In this document: piece after piece, positions 55,706 through 64,000 of the stretch
Layout of the letters: each line of letters opens with the position of its first letter
Numbering within the stretch: position 1 is the stretch's first letter
Position numbers and translations under genes: made by a program
Assembly: GCA_964016885.1 (NCBI GenBank)
Contig: OZ024740.1
Span: 394,692,001-394,756,000, forward strand
DNA from: Eledone cirrhosa
Taxonomy: Eukaryota
Length of the DNA: 64,000 nt
Direction: 5' to 3'
The notes under the pieces: model-generated
What the model was told of the DNA's origin: nothing
Database searches by the model: none
The model's input: the letters and a program-made list of their open reading frames with translations, nothing else

Positions 55706-58639
55706 TGACTGGACTGACGGAGTATCAGAACCAGCAGAGCTTCAGACTAAGGGTTTTACTGTATTTAGCGTTGTCATTATCTGGTTCTGAGTTCAAATTC
55801 AGTCTCGTCCTCGCCTTTCAAATACTCTAGGGCTATTAAATTAGCTGTATCTATTTCAACTACTTTTTTTTAAATGGTTGAAAATAAATTTATTTTATTA
55901 TTGGATCTAAATACATTATGTAGTATTGTTAAGTAAACTAATGCTTAGTAAACTACTGGGTTTTCTGAGAAAGTCAATAACAAACCAGAGCCCCCTAATA
56001 GTATCAAACAGAAATTGATAAGACAAATTATCCTGTGCACTTAAAAAAAAGATAGACATCGTGGAAAACATAGTCCAAGATACAGGAACATGAAAAGAAA
56101 ATATTAGAAGTTTCTGGTCCTCACAGATATTTTCTTTCCTTCTTTTGGTGGCTTCCTTTTTATCTCCCGCCTTGGAAATCTCCTTTGAATATTCGGTAAG
56201 ATATAAATGTTTTTGATTGACCAACGACATAGCCAAACGATCAGAATCTGCATTTTTTTAAATTTTATTTTATCTATTTATCTATTTATTTATTTATTTA
56301 TTAATTTATTTATTTATTTATTTGCTGGCTTCAATAGTAGTAGTATCAATTTAGTCAATGCGTCTTATTTAAAAATTAAGTTCAAGGGTTATATACACAC
56401 AAAAAAGGGCTGTGACCTAATGTTCAAACTATATTTCAATATAACATCTTTTTGTGTTGAGTGATATCTTTCAATGACAACATGCTTCACAACAGTTATT
56501 ACTTACAATAGCTAAGCCGATGTCAAGCATGTTGGTTGAGTTCTGGAGGAAAATAAATTTACTTGCTCTCCAGCCAAGCTGGTGCCAGTTGTAAATGTGT
56601 TATCCACTTGAATCAACTTGAAATTTATCTTCTTTGTTTCCAAATGTATTCTTCTTATCACAGAGTAAAGCACTTAACACTATTTTCCGCACTGTAGACC
56701 AATTAACGAGAAATTATATTAGGCAATGTTATTTCATTATTAAACTTCAATAGAGTGAAACAATTTATGCGATTTAAACAGTTAAAATGAACTCAGAACA
56801 TGTGTAGGCCACTGAGGTATAAGGGTTGTATATTGAAGTAGAGGAAATATGTGTTGCCGACATTTATATTTATTCCTATGTCTATTGTCATTTTCGATTT
56901 TCTTCTTTTATTTCTTTATAGTCTAGGTTCACGCATTTAACTTATAGGATTGACTCCCGCTGAGACTTGCTTTATCTTAATTAGGCAAAGAATTAACTGG
57001 CTTGAAATGCCTTTATTTTAAACATAAATTTCATGAAGTCTAAATTAACCGTTTTATTTTTTCATCATATTAAAAGCCATGAGTGTATATACATATATAT
57101 CTATGTTAGGAACGTGAGTGTATATACAAAAGTAAAATAGCGCAATTTAGTTAACTGTTTGCCTCAGTGTATATGTTATCTTAACACATTATACTTTCAA
57201 TTCGATTGAATTTTTATAAACATATATCTAACATAGTTTTAAAAAAACCTGATGTAGAACAACTTGATATTACTCGCCTGATCGAAGGGTTGAGTCATAT
57301 GTGTATTAACTGTCGATAATATTGTTGTTATTATTTTTTTTATTCGTTTTGTCTATCGTTTAAGGACTCTTATTGGCGTCACGATATTGAATGGTACTGG
57401 GGCCAAATATATCTATGGAGGGATGACTCAAGACGAAGAAGACAAGAAGAATGTCAACATAAACTATGCTCTACCATTTACTTGAAATATTAAACTAAAT
57501 ATATGTTATATCAAATCTCTGGTTTGTTTGTTTATATGTGTTTTCTGCTCTTTTGAAATGTATTAAGAACCTGAAAGCAGTGTCATAATCTATTATATAT
57601 TGGTAAATATTTTTCTGGGTGTAAGTCCTATATTCTCTCCAATAATGCTTTAAACACATCTTTCTACTCATCGTCACACTTTCATTCTCTCTCCTCCTCT
57701 TTCTTTTCTGATATGTAATCATCACCCGATTTCGTTTGTATGTAGCTATCGCCTATTTCTTTGCTACCAATACAGTGCTGAATTGATGTATTTTACTGTA
57801 CCTTTTAGTACCCTTTTTCACTCTCATATCATTACCAGAACTTACTTTCACTCATCTTTTTCTCCTTCATTCATCCTTTGTCATTCCTTTTCCTCTCGCT
57901 TTGTATCTCGCCCACTCTCTATCTTATTATTTCAGTTTCTTCTTAGCTGTCACTTTTATTTAAGAATTACGTTTGTATTATTTCTATATATTCCCAAGGC
58001 CAGAAATTTTGTTAGGAGAACAATTGAATATTTCGATGAGTGCCTGACACGTAATTATACTATCGACCTCGTAAGAATGAAAGACACCAATAAAGTCATG
58101 AAAAACTGTCTAACAAATACCCACTCTACCCTTGTCACATCCGCTTGTCTCTATCATCATCTTAACTTCTCTAATTGTTGCACTCTTTCTCATTACAAAA
58201 TCTTCCGTTGCCTCTCTTTCTTACTTTCATTTTTTGTCTTTCATTTGAATCCTACATTCTATCTGTTTCACTCTATGTATCTCCTATTCTTTCAGGTAAT
58301 CTTAACTGTCAATCTACGTGTTTTATTTGTATGTTGATATCTTTTGTAACTCGAATTACACACCTACTGTTCAAATTTATACAGCTTTCAGTGTGTCATC
58401 TTTGTCTTTCTTTTATCTAGCAATTACACTTTTATTTAAAATTACATTTCTTCAATTTCGCTGTGAATTTAAAATTTACTTTTATTAATGATGTTTTCTA
58501 TCAATAATACCCGCACGTATATTTTCCTCTGCTTACTGTGATACCTGTAGAAATAGGTGATTAGTAATCTTACTTTCTTCATGACCAACTTCATGTAGGG
58601 CCTCAATCTTTATACACCTGCTTTTAAAATGATAATATT

Positions 58640-59033
58640 AATAATGATTTCTACTATAGGCACAAAGCCAGAAATTTAGTGGAGGGAAAGTCGATTAAAT
58701 CGACCCCAGTGCATTACTGGTGCTTAGTTTTATTGACACCGTAAGGATGAAAATCAAAGCTTACCTCGGCTGAATTTGAACTCAGAACATAAAGAGCCGC
58801 AACTCTATGCTGTGAAGCATGGCGACCGACGCTCTACCGATACTGCCCATCCAATGATAATTGTTTCTACTTTTGGCACAAGGTCAACAATTACCCAGTG
58901 TATTACTGGTACTTTATTTTATCGACCCTGTAAGGATGAAAGGCAAAGTCAACCTCGGCGGGATTTGAACTCAGATCGTAAAGGGACGTAACTACGCTGG
59001 GAAGCATGTCTGACCCTCTACCAATACTGCCAA
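58640..59033 (-). mobile_element. Two tandem SINE family 1 copies (58640-58854 long variant; 58857-59033 short variant)
   Basis: Both match the reverse-complement consensus. Confidence 0.87.
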
Positions 59034-59386
59034 TATGATAATGAAAGCTGTGTGCATCCTGATATTCTGACGTGCGAATGATCAGAATTTGGAAGGTTAC
59101 GTTTGTTATAAATTTAATATCATAAAGATGAATATTTAATGTGAGATAAGTCTGAACGTGAACGTTTCAAATGTATTAGGCTCACTAATACTAAATTGAT
59201 CTATTTCGTTGACATAAACTAACATGGTTTCCAAGCAAGGAACATTGAAAAGTCCAAAAGTCCAATATTTCAAATTATTAAAATGTAATAACTGAACATC
59301 CCAAACATATCATTACATAAAGCTAGCAGGTCGAAAATTGATAGGTATTAGAAAAATTTTTGCTGGCATGAAGTTCGTTAGCCCAC

Positions 59387-59483
<97 letters not shown>

Positions 59484-59917
59484 TGAATATGTGTGTATGC
59501 GCGCTTGTGAGTGGATTCGTTTAGTATATGTTCTTACTTTCGTACGATTGTTTCCCCTGGGTACTTAGGTATTACGCCAACCATGTTTAGCGGAATTTCA
59601 CTGATTCAACAAAATTCAGAATAAAAGTGTATTTGAACCCGTATCAATACAGACCTGCCAACCCTAAAAACCTAAACGGGAGTACCATGAAAAAGAGATA
59701 TGAGGTAAAATGGGAAGGTTTTACATAATGACAGCTATACCCATTTTCACAAGAGAAGGCATCTCTTACCCACCCCAATGTGGGTGGGAGATCTCCCCGT
59801 TGGACGGTGAGAGTTGACAGGGGCTAATATAATCCTTTATTCTGAATTCCACTGCGTTAGTTCTATCGCTGATTAAAATTAGCATACACTAAATGTAAAT
59901 GAGCTTTCATTAATTAC

Positions 59918-60110
59918 AGGGCGGTGGATTGGCAGTATCGGTAGAGGGTCGGACGCCATGCTTTGACGCATAGAGTTACGGCCCTTGCCATTCTGAGTTC
60001 AAATCCCACCGAGGTTAACTTTGCCTTTCATCCTTACGAGGTCGATAAAATAAAGTACCAGTAATACACTGTGTATTTTGCTGGCCTTGTGCCAAAAGTA
60101 GAAACAATTA
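59918..60110 (+). mobile_element. SINE family 1 copy, full length with TSD
   Basis: Near-consensus; ATTAATTACAG duplicated at both ends. Confidence 0.92.
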
Positions 60111-60298
60111 ATTACAGCTGAATTACATAATCAATAAAAGGATGTTGTCCTCCATACTCCAGTCCTATGGATTATGTACGCCAACGATATATGAAATCAT
60201 TTGAACATATTTGCTGAACTTGCTGCGACATGTTCACTGTTTAAATAATCATATCGAGCCTAGGGGTGCGTTTATTATATATAAACATCGATATGACT

Positions 60299-60368
<70 letters not shown>

Positions 60369-60384
60369 GCGCGCATATATATAT

Positions 60385-60541
60385 ATGTATTATAGTATAT
60401 TTGGTAATATACCGTATGTTTAATTAAAAACATTTAGAAGACCATACGCTATCAAGTTTAAAGTAGTGAGTGACATAGTCACTACTTTAAAATGTTTTTA
60501 ATTAAACATACGGTATAGTGCCAAATATACTATACATACAT
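60385..60541. repeat. Nested fold-back element
   Basis: Outer ~45-50-bp inverted arms and inner TTTAAAGTAGTGA.../...TCACTACTTTAAA hairpin, next to (TA)n. Confidence 0.75.
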
Positions 60542-60559
60542 TCAAATATACTATACATA

Positions 60560-61152
60560 CGTATAAGCCTGTAATTAAATGAGCTCAAAGGAAAGAGTTT
60601 TCCTGGGCACTTTAAAATACAATATATAGAGGGGAAAGACACAGAAGAGTGTGTTTTTCATTACAGGAATTTCAAACCACCAGCGTGAAGAGAATATAAG
60701 CTACTAGAGGCATAGGTAAAACATTAAAATTATAAGTATAAATTGCAATGAGAAACCAACGTCACCTAAATCACACATGTACACACTCACCAGGAGCATG
60801 TTTCGCCATTTTAGTAGGTTTCAATACGGCCCGGTGGGTCATGAGCACGTGGAAGGCCGATATTGTCCACACTACTAGAGAGAACTAAAGGAAACCACTC
60901 TTCGCACGTGTAGACATAAGAGAAATACCTGCGCGGCGCAGTAACCGGTGGCATGAACAGAACAAGCTGCTATTCAATATATGGTGCTCAACAGCAGAGA
61001 GAGCGCAAGGAGCAAAATATCAAGTAAAAATAACGGAGCAAAGGACTCGCGTATAATCCTGTAATTAAATGAGCTCAAAGGAAAGAGTTTTCCTGGGCAC
61101 TTTAAAATACAATATATAGAGGGGAAAGACACAGCAGAGTGTGTTTTTCATT
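60560..61152. mobile_element. Non-coding element with 103-bp direct repeats (490-bp period) ending at (TA)n
   Basis: 60560-60662 and 61050-61152 are almost identical. Confidence 0.7.
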
Positions 61153-61172
61153 TCATATATATATAAATATAA

Positions 61173-61234
<62 letters not shown>

Positions 61235-62129
61235 TAAATCATGTCTATAGAATCAATCAGATATTAAAATATATACTATTTCTTCTTCTAATTAGCATAA
61301 TTAACCATATACATAATCAAATCTAGCAAGCTTTAAGAATAAATTTTCTAACGGGGAAATCTCCGACAAACAATATATATATATATAATAACTAAAACAA
61401 AGTGATCGCTCTACAAGGCTGAATACAATAAATGTAATCTGAGTTTTTCGAATATTAATAATAATATTCGATTCGTTTGCAATTATGCAAACACCCTCTT
61501 TTAAGCCATGTCAGTAGAATAAGCCCCTCATTCTTGCTCTTGTGTTGACATATAAACAGAACACCATATATATATATATATATATGTATTTATATATGTA
61601 TTTATATGGTGTATAATATAAATCATCGTTGGACACCATTTTCCTTTTTCCGTGAAAAACACTAATGTTCTAATATTATCACCACAACCACCACCACTAC
61701 AACCACCACCACCACTACTACTACTACTACCACCACCACCACTACTACTACTACTGCTACTACTACTACTACTACTACTACTAACACGAGGAAAAAAAAC
61801 CTAATGAATAAATCAGTGAAAATATCACACGTGATATAAAGAGTAAATATTTGCTCAATACATATTGTTTGCCTTGTTGCGTTATATTCTCCCTGATGTC
61901 TTGAACAGAGATGGGGGGGGGGGTACGGTAGGAGCAGTGATGGGTGGTAGGGTGCTGACATTCATTGCTTGTTGATTTTTGCAATTACGTTTTTGGGGGG
62001 ATTTTATTTTTTTATTTGTTTTCAGGGTGTTTTTTGGTGGTGGTGAAGTGGGGGGTCGGTTTTTCTATGAGTATTTTTGTGTGTTTTTCTCTGCTGTTGT
62101 AATTTATCATAGATAAGATGCTTTTATAT

Positions 62130-62258
62130 TTATACACACACGTACACACACACACACACACACACGGACGCACACAAACTCAAGCATACACACATACAAG
62201 CACACACAAGCTCATGCACACAGAGGCACACATACACACAGACAGACACACAAACACA

Positions 62259-62292
<34 letters not shown>

Positions 62293-62295
62293 AAG

Positions 62296-62336
<41 letters not shown>

Positions 62337-62439
62337 CGTATATATATATGTACAATATATAAATATATATACACACACATATATATATACATATATATAT
62401 ACGTATATACATATATGTATAATATATAAATGTATATAT

Positions 62440-62490
<51 letters not shown>

Positions 62491-62608
62491 CATATGTATA
62501 TACATATATACATATATATATATACATATATATATATATGTATGTATATATATATATGTATGTATATATATATATATACATATATATACATACATACATA
62601 TATACATA

Positions 62609-62665
<57 letters not shown>

Positions 62666-62886
62666 TGTGGGTGTTCTGTGTTCTATTGCTCTGTTTGTCT
62701 TGTTTCTGCTTTGACTTATTACATAACAATTTTTGGTGGAGGTTAGTTTTTGTTTTCTTCTGCTGCTTTGTTTACAAACAGATGTGTTTGAATTTCTGCA
62801 GTTGAATGTGTCATGCCTATAACACAAAAACAAACAAACACCCACATTCACATGCATACAACATACATATATCGCCACACCATCAT

Positions 62887-62941
<55 letters not shown>

Positions 62942-62979
62942 CATATATACATATATATATATATATGCATATATATGTG

Positions 62980-63041
<62 letters not shown>

Positions 63042-63046
63042 CATAG

Positions 63047-63108
<62 letters not shown>

Positions 63109-63200
63109 CTGTGTGTGTGTGTATGTGTGTTTGTGTATGTGTGTGTGTATGTTTGTGTATGTGTGTGTGTGTGTGCTGTGTGTGTATGTGTGTGAGTGTA
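62130..63200. repeat. Large compound (CA)n/(TA)n/(TG)n microsatellite block
   Basis: Directly visible; source of many spurious ORFs. Confidence 0.93.
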
Positions 63201-63714
63201 TGTCTGTGTGTGTACTATGTGTCAGTATGAATATATACAAACTCATATCTATATAGAGATAAATAATCGTATGTAGAAATTTATTTCAATAATCTATTGT
63301 AATGGTTTCCTAAATTGCCATTCCAGTCGTTTGACAGCGAAAGAAAAAACTACGAACAAACAAACTAATACGGATATTAGTGTTGGGGACATGGGAAAAT
63401 ATAGAATAAAGAGAAAAACTATAGAAAATACAAGAGACATATAAACAAACTTGACAGTCAATTGTGTATGTGTTTATGTTGATAATACGCGTTTGTGTGT
63501 GTGTGGGTGTGTGTGCGTGTGTGGGTGTGTGGGTGTGTGGGTGTGTGGGTGTGTGGGTGTGGGTGTGTGTGTGTGTGGGTGTGTGTTTTAAATGAATGAA
63601 AACAAGCTTTTTGTCAAGATATCTAATATGCACAAACGTAGAAATGTAGAAAAGCATAAACACGCAGACAAACACGCACACATACAAACTTATATCAATA
63701 GATACACGCACATA

Positions 63715-63785
<71 letters not shown>

Positions 63786-64000
63786 TTATATATATATATG
63801 GGGGTGGTGTGATTATATAATATATATATAGATAATTTTTAGAATTAGTAAAACACTGTTTATGACTTGGATAAAAAAATATATAATTTAGGCACAACAC
63901 CAGCAAATTTTTTTTTGATCAAATAATTACGGACGTCCCTGCTGCATATTCCACATCTGATATATTTACATGTTTTAGTGGAAAAATTGGAAATATTTTC

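Overview
Repeat-dominated, AT-rich animal DNA with no recognisable host protein-coding exon. It is most likely an intron or intergenic tract of an octopus or other coleoid cephalopod (inferred from the SINE families and extreme (TA)n/(CA)n load). Contents: a near-complete but mutated Penelope-like retroelement (RT + GIY-YIG, Asn-rich insert, tandem pseudo-LTRs plus an inverted terminal piece, 16297-21277); a 5'-truncated RTE LINE with an open RT ORF containing a PHD-type finger; fragments of R4/Dong-type, Tx1/L1-type and APE-bearing LINEs; a Helitron helicase remnant and non-autonomous Helitrons; about 18 copies of one tRNA-derived SINE; other SINEs/MITEs; many micro- and minisatellites. Nearly all short ORFs in the track are microsatellite or antisense artefacts. 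The main unexplained signal is a dense set of small non-coding elements embedded in (TA)n tracts, built as fold-back palindromes or short direct-repeat units and carrying hammerhead ribozyme (HHR) cores. Most striking are two diverged elements (about 46180-46280 and 48107-48211) sharing a six-helix covarying RNA motif in which all three hammerhead core strands are present but in reversed, pseudoknotted order. All structures were paired by eye and are untested.
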